Shown in pieces: positions 1-13,190 of a stretch of DNA of 64,000 nt. Each line of letters starts with the position of its first letter. Positions within the stretch are counted from its first letter, which is position 1. The notes below the pieces were generated by a model that was given only the letters and a program-made list of their open reading frames with translations, searched no databases and was not told the DNA's origin. The DNA is from Octopus vulgaris (lineage: Eukaryota), in assembly GCA_951406725.2 (NCBI GenBank), contig OX597838.1, positions 6,324,001 through 6,388,000 of the forward strand, written 5' to 3'. The translations under genes and the position numbers were made by a program.

Positions 1-419
1 GTAAACATCCAAGCATCGTTACTTTCTTTCCAATTCCTACTACATTGTTTTAAACATACCAAGCCTCCTATTTCGATCGTTAAACCATATAAAATTTCTT
101 CATATTTTTCAAACTTTAAATGTATTAGTTTTCTATCTGATTTATGTCGGTGTATTTGTCAAATTAGGATTTTGGGGTTCAAATGTTCATCAGAAACGAT
201 GTACGCATCATCTCTTTGACCTTGTATACAATGTCCGTCGACTCAGTGACCTGGTATTGTCAAGAACGACACTATATAAAATAGTACTTGTCAAGATTCC
301 ACTCAACAGATCTCGAACCCGTGAATTCATACATGTGGAAAGAACGTCTTAAACATTCGACTATCATGATGTGAATAACATGTATCAAAACAGAAAACAC
401 AACCATTCATCCTCGTACT

Positions 420-1160
420 AATGATAAATATTAGATTCGACCTTTAGTTTATTTCGAAGCAATTTCCTTCAAAGATGTAAGAGAAAAATAAACTGTAAGG
501 TATAATTGTATTTGAAATAATGCAGATGGTGTAAAATAAATCTATATTGTTATTAAGGTGGAATAAAAAATAAACCAACGTGATTTGTAACTGAATTTGT
601 ACGTCATGGACACATATTAGTCACTATAACACAACAACAAATCTATATATCTATCTGTCTATCTTCCTCTCTCTCTATATATATAGTGTGTGCCTCTATA
701 TATATATGTATGTTTCTATGTATGTATGTGTGTATGTATGAATGTATATATGTATGTATATTCGTTCTTTAGTATTTTTTATTTCGTGTTGTGTTCTTAA
801 ATCAAAATCATATCTGAGAGCGGAATTCGAAATGGAGAAGAGATGAAAAAAATATATATAAAATGAGAAAAGAAAAAGGTAAATTTAATTATAGTCGGCA
901 TAATGAATAAAACAAACATGTCGAAGGATATGAGGTATGGCGTATATAATGAATTAGATTCTTTGAGACAGAAGACAAAATAAAATGTTCTGTTGGCGGC
1001 CATGATGATGTTGTATGATGATGAGGATGACGTCGAAGACGACTTTGATGATGATGGCGGTGGTGGTGGTGGTGACGATGAAGAGGATGATGATGGTGGT
1101 GTTGGTGGTGGTGGTGATAGTGAGGATAATGATGATGATCATGCGGCTGATAACGATTAA
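420..1160 (+). repeat. Copy 1 of an old, diverged local duplication unit
   Basis: Ordered anchors aatgataaat (420), ttcgaccttt (436), atttgaaataatgcagatg (510), ttttatttcgtg (~777), ttcgaaatgga (~826), then a GAT-rich tract. The same order recurs at 7655-8520 and partly at 5655-6110. Confidence 0.6.
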
Positions 1161-1747
1161 GATGTACGTAACCTATTTTGGACTACTATCCAGTAAGTAT
1201 AACTGTTCAAAATCCCAATGAATTCACATTACAGAATAAAAGAGAAAATTCTAAAACAAATAAATAAAAATGCATCTATTTGTTTGTGATGAGGCTTTCG
1301 AATATGATGAACCTCATGAAGATATTGACGTGTATGAAGAAAATACCGAGAAAAGTATCAAAAACATTATAATTACTATAAATAGTAATTATTATTTGTG
1401 TTAACTTTTTTTCAGAAACAGTTTAAATTTTAATGAAGCATCATAGACGAAGCAATCTACACGTTTATTGCTTCGACAAAGAAGCAGTAAATGGTACTAT
1501 TTTCCGCCTCACTAACAGGTTTGCCCTTCTCTGACATAAAATAATAATCACTTATAGTTAATATATTGGTTTCCGAAGTCACGTTTCGCAATTTATATTT
1601 ATATTAGATATTATACATAATTTATATCTATACTTGATAATCGTCACGCACAGATAATATAATACGCTGCAGAGATATGTATACTTATTTTCCGAACAAT
1701 TAGTCAGAATTTTCATCGTGTGCTTTATATCATTTTCATCGGTAGCC

Positions 1748-1890
1748 TTATTACCTCCACCTTAGCGAAGGCAGAGGTGTTGTTTTCAATCGTGCTGGTT
1801 TCCTTGTTTGTCTGTGGACAAGATATCTCAAGAACTGCTGAATGGATTCAGACGAAACTTTCAGGGATGTTTGGCTTCCTGACCGGCCCA
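1748..1890 (+). mobile_element. Helentron/HINE (DINE-1-like) non-autonomous element, terminal fragment
   Basis: ttattacctcc start, hairpin cctccacctt-agcg-aaggcagagg, then gtttgtctgt and 'gatatctcaagaactgctgaatggattcagacgaaactt'. Matches the layout I recall for Helentron-associated elements. Confidence 0.55.
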
Positions 1891-2181
1891 AACAGTTTAA
1901 TTATTTATTCTCTGATTGGGAAACTCGAGTATGCGATTAACTAATAATAATTGTTTTTATTCGAGTGGCATTATTGGCGTGCCTTTATAATTATTGCTTT
2001 GTGGTTTACGTTTAACTGCCCTTTTTAGCATATAAGGAGTCCTGTCAAGCGTCATTCTCTATGTATATAAATTATTTATACACTCTTATATACGAAAATA
2101 TGTTGTCTTATGACTGTCATTACGCATACAAACCACTTGTGACAAATTATTAAAATTTTTACCCTTACAATTTACACACAG

Positions 2182-2231
<50 letters not shown>

Positions 2232-2294
2232 GTATTTGTCTGTGTGTATGGCGTGCGTGTGTATGTTTGTGTGTGTATCTATGTGTATTGTGTT

Positions 2295-2499
2295 TCTTTG
2301 TGTCAATGTTTCCCCGTATCACCGTTTTACGGTCGGTGTTGGTGCGTTTACGTCCCCGTAACCTAGCGGCCGAACGTAAGGCGTCGTTAGACTAAGTACA
2401 AGGTTTAAGAAATAAGTCCTGGGTTCGATTTGTACCACTACAATCCTTCTAGGCGTTACTCTAGCATGGGCTGTAATCAAAGAACTGAAACAAGTCAAA
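2295..2499 (+). mobile_element. SINE family A, degenerate 3' half
   Basis: gtttacgtccccgtaacctagcgg...aataagtcctgggttcgattt...actgaaacaagt aligns to 30700-30890. Confidence 0.75.
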
Positions 2500-3200
2500 T
2501 TCTAAATGTGTGTCTGTGTGTGAGTGTATGTATATTTTGCGGGGAAGACGTGTGACGTAGTAGTCAAAGTATTCATCAACGCTAACGTTGGAACAGCCGT
2601 TCCAGGATCTTCCGTAGAGAAATAACAACATATTCATCTTTCTCTTGCTCTCGTTCTCTCTCTCTCTCTCTCTCTCACTGCCATCACCACGCTCGCTCTT
2701 TCTCTCGCTGTCACCATCTCCATCCCCCTTTTCTCTCCCTCTCTCTGCGTTGATAAAAGAAGTAGTGAAGTAAATTTTAAAGCCATTTCTATTAATTAAT
2801 CCCAGTGCCCGATGGTATTTTCCTTTTAAAAATCGTCAGTGTATCACGTGAAGCCTCTAACATAAAGCTCCATTTTGCGAAATCAAAGCGACCCTAATCG
2901 AAGAATTAGCTTCGAAGATACAAAGCAGCGTGTGTGTGTGGGTGAGTGTGGGTGTCTGTGAGTTTGTGCATGCGTGTGCGCGTGTGTTTGCTTACATTCT
3001 CCTACAGCCTGCATATCTCGTTGGTCTACATGCTTCTGACCGCACACAACTTATAGATAATCCGTGCTAAACCTCCGCCAGGGAATTGATCATAAGTGAT
3101 TTTGTGAGGAGAATACCTTTACCTATACTGATCGCTAAAAGACGCGTTGGCAAATATAAAAGAAAATAGAAAGTTACAATATCCCATAGAGTACCTATGA

Positions 3201-3500
3201 AAGTGTGTTGCTCAGTATATAGAGCATCGTACTCATAATCATGATGTGGTGAGTTCGAATCTCGGACCGGGTTGTGTGTTGTGTTCTTCAGCTGTCACCT
3301 CATTTCACGTTGCTCCAGTTCACTCAATTGTAGAAATGAATTGCAGTATGCCTGAGTCTATCTGCCTTTGCCTTCCCCCTGGATTACAGCTGTGGCATAG
3401 GGAAGGGGCCTTGGTCATCTATAAACAACCTCCCCGCGCTTGTGCCTCGGAAGGTAACATTCTAGGTGAAATCCCTTGTTCATTTATTACACCTTTCTAT
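3201..3500 (+). mobile_element. tRNA-derived SINE (family H), degenerate
   Basis: A-box-like tgctcagt..agagc, B box gagttcgaatctc; body tttcacgttgctcca...gtagaaatga...aaacaacct...ctaggtg is shared with 6382-6945. Confidence 0.7.
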
Positions 3501-4117
3501 CTGAGTGGAAATAACTTTACGAATGAACACCTCTTTGATTTGGAATGGCGCAAGAATAGACGAATTCTTCAAACACAAGACGAATTTTTGGAAGTGAAAC
3601 CAAAGGTAAAAAATTAAGCAAGATTGCTGAATAATATCTGTATACATAAATGGTCTCACTTGTAAACTCCGAATAAAGTCTAATGACGGTTGCTTCTGAT
3701 AGAACTCTATTTAGGAGATTCCTGACAACTCTAACCAAACGACGCTCCTCCCCCCAGAATAATTGACGGAAAAAAGAGCTTATGTATGAGGAGACGATCA
3801 AACATTTCCTTTGTTTCGTTTTTAATTCCAACGCTGCAGACAATAGAACGGCCGTATTTCGTGGTTCTGCTTTTTAGTTAAAGCTACAGAAACGTGACTA
3901 TGAATACGAATGACAAATATCAAATTTACAAGCACTATAGAAATCGTTGAAAGAATCAAACCAGCATCGTCGATATATGATCGCAGATACTCGCTTTGCA
4001 AGCAAATTAAAATGAGCTTCGGGTCCAATCCCACACTATGCAAATTTTTTTTACTCCTTCCTCCTACATCGTTTAGTCGATTTTGTTGAAACTTGACACG
4101 TGAGTAGAACTTATTGT

Positions 4118-4327
4118 GCCATGCCTGGTTCATACGGGCCAGTTTCCCGGTCTCATTGTCGTTTAGGTTCCACACTGCGATGGGGCGCCGTTCCGTTGCA
4201 GGTGAGCTGAGAGATGCAGGAGGAAAGAGTTAAGGAAAGTTTTGGCGAAAGAGACAGCAGAAGTTTGCCATAACTTCTATCGGAGATTCGAACCCGCTGC
4301 TCTAACAACTAGATCATGTTCATCCAC
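4118..4327 (-). mobile_element. tRNA-derived SINE with the family-C body module and a different (V-domain-like) tail
   Basis: Minus strand: gtggatgaacatgatctagttgttagagcagc, B box ggttcgaatc, ctgctgtctctttcgccaaaactttcc module, then cctgcaacggaacggcgcccc...accgggaaactggccc. Confidence 0.6.
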
Positions 4328-5011
4328 TCAGCTTTTTATTTAATTACAGTCAATTATGATTTGTAATACATGACTCACCTATTAGCGATGAAAATACTTC
4401 TCTTCCATATAATGTAATGTGTGATCTTGTGCTTCCATGTAGAGCTGGATAAAGAGAGACAGTTAGAAATGATAGACAAAATTCCGATTGGTAATTAATA
4501 AGGTGTAAACAATAAAAAATCCAAGAAATACTGTGCCGGGTAACTTGCATGTCGTTAAAATGAAATGGATTATAAAGAGATTGGCGTTTCAAGTAAACAC
4601 TTCATCAAAATAAGATAGGAAGCAAAGTTAAAAGAGCAAGGAAAGTAATGGTTTTTCTTATATATGTGTGTATCTATCAGTTACATACAGTAACAGTATG
4701 CCAAATTTCGTAAATATGTTCTACATGAGAGCGATTGTATCACTTCGCCATCCGTCTTTAAGAATCACTTGACTAGCCCGGACCAATAAATTATATTGTT
4801 CGTCTGTGAGCTGAGATACCTCATCTGTACAAACAACGATTGTCGTTGATGTCAGTAGTTTGTTAAATGCAGTGGTCTTTTACAGTTTATTGAGTGTTCA
4901 TTCGCAGAGCGTCATGTAATATTGGCCATCGACTAAAAAAAGTTTACTCCAAATTAGTTCACGCCTACCATACTTCATCCCATGATTCCAACGTACCCTA
5001 TCTCTGGCGGT

Positions 5012-5398
5012 AGTGGAAGCGCAATTGCCCAGTGGTTAGGGCAGCGGACTCGCGGTCATAGGATCGCCGTTTCGATTCCCAGACCGGGCGTTGTGAGTGT
5101 TTATTGAGCGAAAACACCTAAAAGCTCCACGAGGCTCCGGCAGGGGGTGGTGGTGATCCCTGCTGTACTCTTTCACCACAACTTTCTCTCACTCTTTCTT
5201 CCTGTTTCTGTTGTACCTGTATTTCAAAGGGCCGGCCTTGTCACTCTCTGTGTCACGCTGAATATCCCCGAGAACTACGTTAAGGGTACACGTGTCTGTG
5301 GAGTGCTCAGCCACTTGCACGTTAATTTCAGGAGCAAGCTGTTCCGTTGATTCGGATCAACCGGAAACCTCGTCGTCGTGACCGACGGGGTGCTTCCA
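5012..5398 (+). mobile_element. SINE family C, full length, with 12-bp TSD
   Basis: A box tgcccagtggttagg, B box gtttcgattccc; near-identical to 21564-21947; direct repeat atctctggcggt at 5000-5011 and 5399-5410. Confidence 0.92.
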
Positions 5399-5654
5399 AT
5401 CTCTGGCGGTTACATGCTACGCAGATGTGCGCTGGCATCCTGACACGTACTAACTCGCCGGGTGAAAGTAGATGTCACAATAGTGGCAACGTGGTTGTTG
5501 CACAGACCTGAAAACCCAAGAACTGCCAATCCAAGGACCCTTGGATTCATGCACTTTAAAGTTGCACCCTAAGCAGATTATCACTCTTTCCAATTAAGGT
5601 ATCGAAACCCTTGATGCTGAGACCAAAATAGATTTAATAATAAAATTTAGTACA

Positions 5655-6110
5655 ATATTTATGGTAAATTTGACACTCGGTATTTCGTTTGATTCACCAC
5701 ACATTAAAAACCGAAAACGTACAAGAAATATCAGAAAAATTAAATAAAAAGGAATAATTACACTTGAAATAATTCAGATGGTGTGAAAAAAATTAATATA
5801 ATTGATAAGGTGAAACGAAAACTTCATTGACTAATGTAATTTCCAAAATAATTAGTTTACCTCCAACACACACTAAATTGCACGCGCACACAAACATGTC
5901 TCTCTGTTCGTGTGTGTTTGTGTCTGTATGCATGTGTTGCGGTTTCGTTTTGTTTTTGTTTCGTTTTGGGAAATAAATGTTTTTCATTTCCTTTTTACTA
6001 CCCTTGAACCAAGATATTATCTTAGTGTGCATTTCCATCACAAATAAAATTTATTGGTGACGACAACGGCAGAGATGAAAACAATGAGGATGGCGGCGGG
6101 GAACACTGTG
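5655..6110 (+). repeat. Copy 2 (most diverged) of the local duplication unit
   Basis: atggtaaatt (5661), ttgaaataattcagatggtgt (5764), tttcgttttgggaaataaa (~5959), in the same order as copies 1 and 3. Confidence 0.45.
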
Positions 6111-6294
6111 CAGGAGCGAGTCAAGAAAACTATCATTTTCATTTTTATTCATTTGGTAATTAATTTTGCAATTATTGTTATTGGAAATATCAGAAGATGC
6201 ATCCCTAACAAGCTATCTGAAAGGTAACATTTTGCATTTGCATCTCTCTCTCTCTTTATCTCTCTCTCTTTATATATATATATATATATATATC

Positions 6295-6337
<43 letters not shown>

Positions 6338-6381
6338 CTGTAAGTAAAAGAGTATATATATATATATGTGTGTGTGTGTGA

Positions 6382-6945
6382 AGGTGTATGGCTCAGTGGT
6401 TAGAGCGTCGAGGTTATATTTCGTTACTGCCCACAAGCGGCTACACACAGAGGGAACAAGCAAGGTCAGACAAACGGATTAAGTCGATTACATCGACCCC
6501 AGTGCGTAACTGGTACTTAATTTATTGACTCCGAAAGAAAGAAAGGCAAAGCCGACCTCGGCGGAATTTGAATTCAGAATGTAACAGCAGACGAAATACG
6601 GCTACACATTTCGCCCGGCGTGCTAACGTCTCTGCCGTCTCGCCGCCGAGGTTGTGAGTTCGATTCCCAGACCAGGGCTCCGTATTGTGTTTTGGAGCAA
6701 AACACTTTATTTCACGTTGCTCCACTGAAATCAGCCGTAGAAATGAGTTGCGACATCACTGGTACCAAGCTGTATCGGCCCCTTTGCCTTTCCCATGGAT
6801 AACATCAGTGGTGTGGAGAGAGAACACTGGTTTGCATGGTCGACTGCTGGCCTTCCACAAACAACCTTCACCGGACTTGTTGCTCGGAGGGTAACTTTCT
6901 AGGTGCAATCCCATGGTCATACATGACCGAAGGGGGGGGTCTCCA
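6382..6945 (+). mobile_element. SINE family H interrupted by a nested family-B SINE
   Basis: A box tggctcagtggttagagc (~6389) and B box gagttcgattccc (6656) are separated by a ~230-bp insert; body aligns to 3201-3500. Confidence 0.8.
6416..6647 (-). mobile_element. SINE family B (tail type 1), nested
   Basis: Reverse complement of ggcggcgag..ggcagagacgttagcacgccgggcgaaatg...gaattcaaattccgccgaggtcggctttgcctttc...; aligns to 37714-37948. Confidence 0.88.
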
Positions 6946-7654
6946 TACATATATACGTGTATGTATGCATGTGTGTGTGAGTATGTGTATATGTGTCTGT
7001 GTATACAAAAACATGTATTCTCATTGTGACAGATGAAGGAATACCCATTGTACGGATATGCTAGCGTATCACTTGGGATATCCCAGAAACAGCTGTAAGA
7101 CCTCAAATTAACCTTACCCTAATTAAATTATAAAAGATTTAAGATACTCGTCTTGCCTTGGATTTTGTTGTCCTTTTCCCTGTAATACATATATGAAGGC
7201 ATCACTCATTTATGGAATCATTGCTTTCCAGAAAATCTGCTCTAATTCTTGTTCACGAAATACCGATTTTTCCGTTGATTTCCCTATACGTTTTCTAATA
7301 TCGGAAACATATTTCACGTTACGAAAATCCTGACAACTGTAAAACTTCCAATTTGACGTCTTTTCATCGTTATTTCTGAAATCGTTCTCCAGTTTCCTTG
7401 TTAGGATTAAACGATAGACTTTGCGTGGTAGTATTTCCCAGGGCTGAATTTAAACGATAATATCAACCTCAAGAAAAATATATGCTCGCTTTATGTTTGT
7501 TCAATTGCTAAGCTTCGTTTCATTATATATCATACTCTATATGTATATACCGCTGTAGTGTAATGTGTGTGTATGTGAATACCTCTGTGAGTGTTGATGT
7601 CTTACAGAGATGCTATTATAAACAAAATATATCTGATAACTTAATCATTATATC

Positions 7655-7927
7655 AATGATAAATTTCACATTCGACCTTTCGTTTGTGTCTATACAACAT
7701 TCTTGACAGATTTTTGTTGAAGAAGCGCTAGAAAAATATATTATAAAAAATTATCATTACATTTGAAATAATGCAGATGTTATAGAGAATACAATATTAT
7801 TAATAAGACGAAATAAAAATGTTATAAGCAACATTTATTTTCACAAATTATTTTCATCTTGAATATAACTAAACATACTATATATGCATGCACATATGTG
7901 CAGTGTCTGTCTATATGTGAGCATATA

Positions 7928-7985
<58 letters not shown>

Positions 7986-8102
7986 TGTGTGTCTGTGTCA
8001 GTGTGTATGTATGTCATCAGAGACACATCAGTACAACTGTACGCCCATAGTCATCGCAGGAATATACGTATACATATGGATACATACATACATACATACG
8101 TG

Positions 8103-8141
<39 letters not shown>

Positions 8142-8142
8142 T

Positions 8143-8193
<51 letters not shown>

Positions 8194-8520
8194 TTTGATT
8201 TTAATTTATTTTAATTTTTCTTTTATTTCGTGCTTTGGAAATAAAAAATCATGATTGTCTGATTGCGCATTTCGAAATGGACAAGCGACAATAAAATAAA
8301 CCATCTACATTAAAACCGGTTGCCATATTGTTCAACATCGACGTGCAGGCGAATATATATTATTAGCTGTATAGCTGCGTATATTTCGTAGACTGTAGGT
8401 TAGGTGGCTATTAACATCGATAAACTAATATTGCTGCTGATACGAAGATGATGATGAGAGGATGGATGGTTAGTGGGTGAACGGGGAGCACTAGAAGATC
8501 AAATGTGAGATTTTATGGTG
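7655..8520 (+). repeat. Copy 3 of the local duplication unit (microsatellite-expanded)
   Basis: aatgataaat (7655), ttcgaccttt (7671), atttgaaataatgcagatg (7761), ttttatttcgtg (8221), ttcgaaatgga (8271). Confidence 0.6.
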
Positions 8521-8656
8521 TCATCAATTGAAACCAGTAAAAGCTTTAATCTGTAAGACAACAAACTATTATTTTGCAGAGGTGAAGTTACCAATATTGA
8601 CTGTGCTTACAATAGAAGTTGTCAAAAATAATATTATGCTTGTATATAATAATCTG

Positions 8657-8838
8657 TTCTATTCTAGGCACAACGCCAGGAATTTTGGGGGCCGGAGCCA
8701 GTCGATTTTATTGACCACCGTACGCAAAAGGAACTTCATTTATCGACCCTGAAATGATGAAAGGCAAAGTCGACCACGGCGGAATTTGAAGTCACAACGT
8801 AAAGACGGTGTGCTAACTTTTCTGCCAGTTCGCCGCCT
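8657..8838 (-). mobile_element. SINE family B (tail type 2), internally deleted, with TSD
   Basis: Aligns to 19037-19251; flanking repeat tgcttgt(a/g)tataataa at 8637-8652 and 8839-8854. Confidence 0.85.
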
Positions 8839-9391
8839 TGCTTGTGTATAATAACTGTTATCAGTTTCCCACAAGATCGGAATTTGTGCTTGTGTGTATG
8901 CGTCCGTGCGTGTGTGTGTGTGTTTATTTGTGTGTGACAATCGCTAAAAAAGTTGCGTTCATCTTATTACTATAACCCACGAGATATCAAGAGGTTTCAT
9001 CTGAACTTCATGACAATGTGTTGCTCATACACACGCTTTTGTTGATAATCATAGTGTTATATGTTGGCTGTGAATGTTACATCACTGTACAAGTACATCT
9101 GATTCAATAAAAATAATGCCCATAATCCTTCTATTTTAAGTTGGCGTAAATTGGTTCATCCAGGTACCAGAAGCATAAAATCCCTAAGAATTGAAAATGT
9201 ATTCGTACCCCTGATTGATTGCATTCGGAGTATTCAACTGAATTTCCTCTCCTATTTCTGTAAACTGAAGCCTTTCTGGCTTTTATGTTGATCGGCATAT
9301 ACGATAATAGAAACATTTGAATACCTATATTTTGGACAGGTTTCTGATAAGTTCCCCATACATATTATATATATATATATATATCTATATA

Positions 9392-9588
9392 CTTTATTTA
9401 AAGCAGCAGAAAATTCTACAAAACCTGTTACTCTGAGTTTTACGTTCTCGTTCGTCGGACAGTTTTTGCAAACAGAGTAACAGGTTTTATTGAATTTTCT
9501 GCTGCTTTAAATAAAGCATATTACTCTACCACTGGTATTTGAGTACTCTTTTTTCCACCTTGTTTCACATTTATGTGTTTACTCCGGT
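9392..9588. mobile_element. Family D short element (Penelope pLTR-like) with inverted arms and a mutated hammerhead motif
   Basis: 44-bp inverted arms 9392-9435 / 9473-9516; minus-strand ctgt-ccgacga-acg(agaa)cgt-aaaa-ctcagag-ta-acag at 9425-9462; flanked by (TA)n; relatives at 34228, 47323, 62138. Confidence 0.75.
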
Positions 9589-9671
9589 ACATATATATAT
9601 ATATATATATATATGATGATGATTTCTTTTGAATGAAACAGTTCTAGTCCTGTAGAAGCTCCTTCTATAAA

Positions 9672-9700
<29 letters not shown>

Positions 9701-9702
<2 letters not shown>

Positions 9703-9811
9703 CGAAAGGTTTATGAAACGTGTGGAGCCACTGCAAAAAAAACTAAAGATGGTACAATATTTAAAGTTTCAAAGGCCTTGAAGGTTCAAAACTTTTCATA
9801 CGCCCTTCATA
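9701..9811. mobile_element. Short mariner-type MITE remnant
   Basis: Imperfect TIRs tacgaaaggtttatgaaacg / acttttcatacgcccttcata with TA ends; similar to the 44681 element ends. Confidence 0.5.
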
Positions 9812-10980
9812 TATATATTTAAATTTGAGCGTGTGTTCTTCTCGGTAAATATGTTTATGGAACTACATCCATTTAAATTATGTGTACACCACCTAATTAC
9901 ATGTTGCTACAGAATTTTACGTTTCAAATTGCATTTCTTTACACCTCAGTGCACACACATGCATTTACACACGAACGCAACACAAATCCGTACAGACATA
10001 GACGCTTTTGAAATATTGCGCTCTGCAACTCCCCTCCCGGGTTCTGTTTTACTCAAACTGGCAAATCTTCTAAAGTTAATCCTGCCACACACACAATTTG
10101 GGTAGAATGTGAGATTTTGGTACCAACATCAAGACCTTCATCTTTATCATAACCACCATACCAATCCGTCTCATAAGCATCAACGTCATCATAATCTCTT
10201 GACAACATTAATTTTAATATTTAAGTTCGTATATTTATTATTTCACTACGGATGGGAAACCAGGTTCACTTGCTAATATTTGTAGATTTATTTCGTTCAC
10301 AAAGTTGAATTGTGACACTTAATGAATAATATTTTATGAAAAATTTCATCAGAAGAAAATACTATTTGAAAAAATAGAAATTAATGTAAACTGTCTGTAA
10401 ATGACATCTCTTGGAAAAACTTTTAGGAACGTAAGCTTCAAGAGGAAAGTAATTCTGGGAATCTTTTAATGATTTGAAGCTTTAATGTCTGCTCTGCATG
10501 TAGCAGCTGGCAAGAAGTGTATAGCTAGACTGTAGAGAACTGCTTATTCACACTAGCTGCAAATATTCAAACTTGAAAATGTGAGATACGACTAAACGAA
10601 TAGCTTCTTCTTCGAACAAAACACACAAAATCACCGAGAAAAAAATAAATGAAATGAAGCCATTTTGGAACTGCAACACGACACAAAAAAAAATACAAAT
10701 ATTTCTTTTACTTTTATTTCTTTTTTATATTTTTATTATTATTTTTGTATGTATCTCTATAGCATTCATTGCTACAATAGAAAAAAAAAAATGTGAGGAC
10801 GCAAGTGTTTGAACAGATTTTTGCAAAACACGAAGAACTATCAGAAAACAAGAAATGTGATGACAGCGACACTTTACAGCAGAAACGTGTTAGTGACCAG
10901 GATGTCAGAAAATTTTATTGCTGGATTTTCAATGTTATTTACCATTCTACCGCAACCTATTGAATGTAGTATTATCTTTT

Positions 10981-11018
<38 letters not shown>

Positions 11019-11553
11019 TGCATATATATATAGATTGGTAGATAGATATATTCTTTGGTAATCGTGTACAGAACAATGTCTGCGTTAGACTTTTCAGCAA
11101 GTCAAAAGCACGGACAAAGTGTGAAGTTCTGAACCTCGTAAATAAGATTCACCGTGTTCGATACCAATTCGAAAAGCATTAAACAAGCATAATTTCAAAT
11201 AAACGGTGTGGAAAGTAGAAGAGTTCGATAAGTAATTTTTTACCATTTCTACGTGTATGGCTTCCGTTAATTAAAAGGTTTTTTTAGCTATGCTTCAGTG
11301 TTCTTGCAAAAGTACTTTTGATAGGATATGAAATCGCATGAGTACTATTTTATAAGAGAAGATGTGATATGTGGTTTGATCGTTTTCTACCATCATAAAT
11401 GAAGCACTATTTGTTTCTATAAATGGAACTAATGGAATGCACATCATCCTGGGAAAAACAATGGCTTTAAGTGCATATCCATGCAATTTTGTTTTCCACG
11501 TGGTCGTTAGTTACATAGAAACGGCATTGTTGCATGCGATATATAGCATGGGA

Positions 11554-11719
11554 AGGGTGGCGAGCTGGCAGAAACGTTAGCACGCAGAGCTCGACTTTGC
11601 CTTTCATCGGTTCGGGGTCGATAAATAAAGTACAATTGTTTTTCGTCCTGGGGTCGATCCAATGGACTTGGCCACATCACCCCAAAATTCCGGGCCTTGT
11701 GCTTAGAATAGAAAATAAT
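11554..11719 (+). mobile_element. SINE family B (tail type 2), internally deleted, with TSD
   Basis: ggcgagctggcagaaacgttagcacg...gactttgcctttcatc...ggccttgtgcttagaatagaaa; flanks atatagcatgg (11541) / atatggcatgg (11720). Confidence 0.85.
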
Positions 11720-11775
11720 ATATGGCATGGCCTTTCAAAACTGTTGGCAGCCACTGCCTTCATAAATCCTCACCC

Positions 11776-11843
<68 letters not shown>

Positions 11844-12121
11844 CTATCTCTGTACTATGTCCCCCTCACCACTCAAGGGCTTGCCACTCTCTCTCATGAT
11901 CTTCGGATGCATAGGCTCCCTTGCTCTCACCATCATCATTATCCTCATCATCATCACTACCATCATCGTCGCCATCGTCGTCGACATCGACGCTTTTAAT
12001 ATTCCTACAGGTCTTTACCTGGGCATGTTTCGACGGTTAATGAAACCGTACAACGAGTAGCAATTGAAAACCGGTTAGTTCAGTTAATCTACACGATCAC
12101 ACTGCTGCTTGCCGCTGCGAC

Positions 12122-12123
12122 TG

Positions 12124-12197
<74 letters not shown>

Positions 12198-12221
12198 ACT
12201 ACTACTACTACTATTACTACT

Positions 12222-12252
<31 letters not shown>

Positions 12253-12255
12253 ATA

Positions 12256-12305
<50 letters not shown>
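12122..12305. repeat. (CTA)n/(CTG)n trinucleotide microsatellite
   Basis: Directly visible; source of the poly-Leu/poly-Ser ORFs. Confidence 0.95.
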
Positions 12306-12622
12306 GCTACTCGTTATTATCATTAGTAAGTTTTGTCTTGCTAAACTCAAAACAACTTTCCTGTGTTGAAAGCGGTTTACAGTCAGAAACAAAAGAACTG
12401 TTCGGCAATATTCATCAATAGGAAAAGCAACTTAAATATTAAATTTTGCTCTCCGAATCCACGGTACAAAGCTGGAGAGCATAACGATTCTGTGTGTCTT
12501 CTTGCGATACAATATCGATCACTGGGTTATCCTGTGTGTATATGTAGTTATTTCAAACATGTAGAAGTGGGTCCCCAAAATATACTTCAATCGCTCAAAT
12601 TAAATGATAACGTCAAAATAAA

Positions 12623-12839
12623 GATTCCCAAATCGGGCGTTGTGAGTGTTTATTGAGCGAAAACACCTAAAGCTCCACGATGCTCCGGCAGGGGCTAGTG
12701 GCGAAACCTGCAGTACCCTTTCACCCCAAATTTCTCTCACTCTTTCTTCCTGTTTCTCGGTCTACCTGTATTTCAAAGCGACAGCCTTGTCATACTCTGT
12801 GTGTCGCTGAATCTACCCGAGAACTACGTAAATGGTACA
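12623..12839 (+). mobile_element. SINE family C, internal fragment
   Basis: gggcgttgtgagtgtttattgagcgaaaacacctaaagctccacga...cccgagaactacgt aligns to 5075-5290. Confidence 0.85.
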
Positions 12840-12970
12840 TTATTTTTCGTTGCTGCCATTGGTCATCCACAGCCTTATTCAGCGACATGATCGTATTTAT
12901 ATCAGCAGAAGTTGTCTTCCTCCTCATCGAGCTGTGAATAATGTAAGCGGTCCGTTTACAATTGTCTTAA

Positions 12971-13190
12971 CCCTTTTGTTACTGTATTTATTTTGAGATG
13001 CTCTGTGTTTCTTTCAATTACTTTAAATATAACAAAGAATTTAGTAAAATAACTTAGTTATAATTAAGTTAGTGTTAGGAACATGAATTGTGACTATGGT
13101 TTGGTGGAAGATTTTGATTCAAAACTTATGAAAACAAGACATTTGTACTCAGAACCAGAGCTGGTTTCAGCCGGGTTAGTAACGAAAGGG
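12971..13190. mobile_element. piggyBac-family MITE, 220 bp
   Basis: TTAA at 12967-12970 and 13191-13194; CCC...GGG ends; 13-bp TIR cccttttgttact / agtaacgaaaggg (1 mismatch). Confidence 0.9.

Noticed and set aside
5012-5090. tRNA gene candidates at SINE heads
   Set aside because: They continue directly into SINE bodies and lack a full cloverleaf and terminator.
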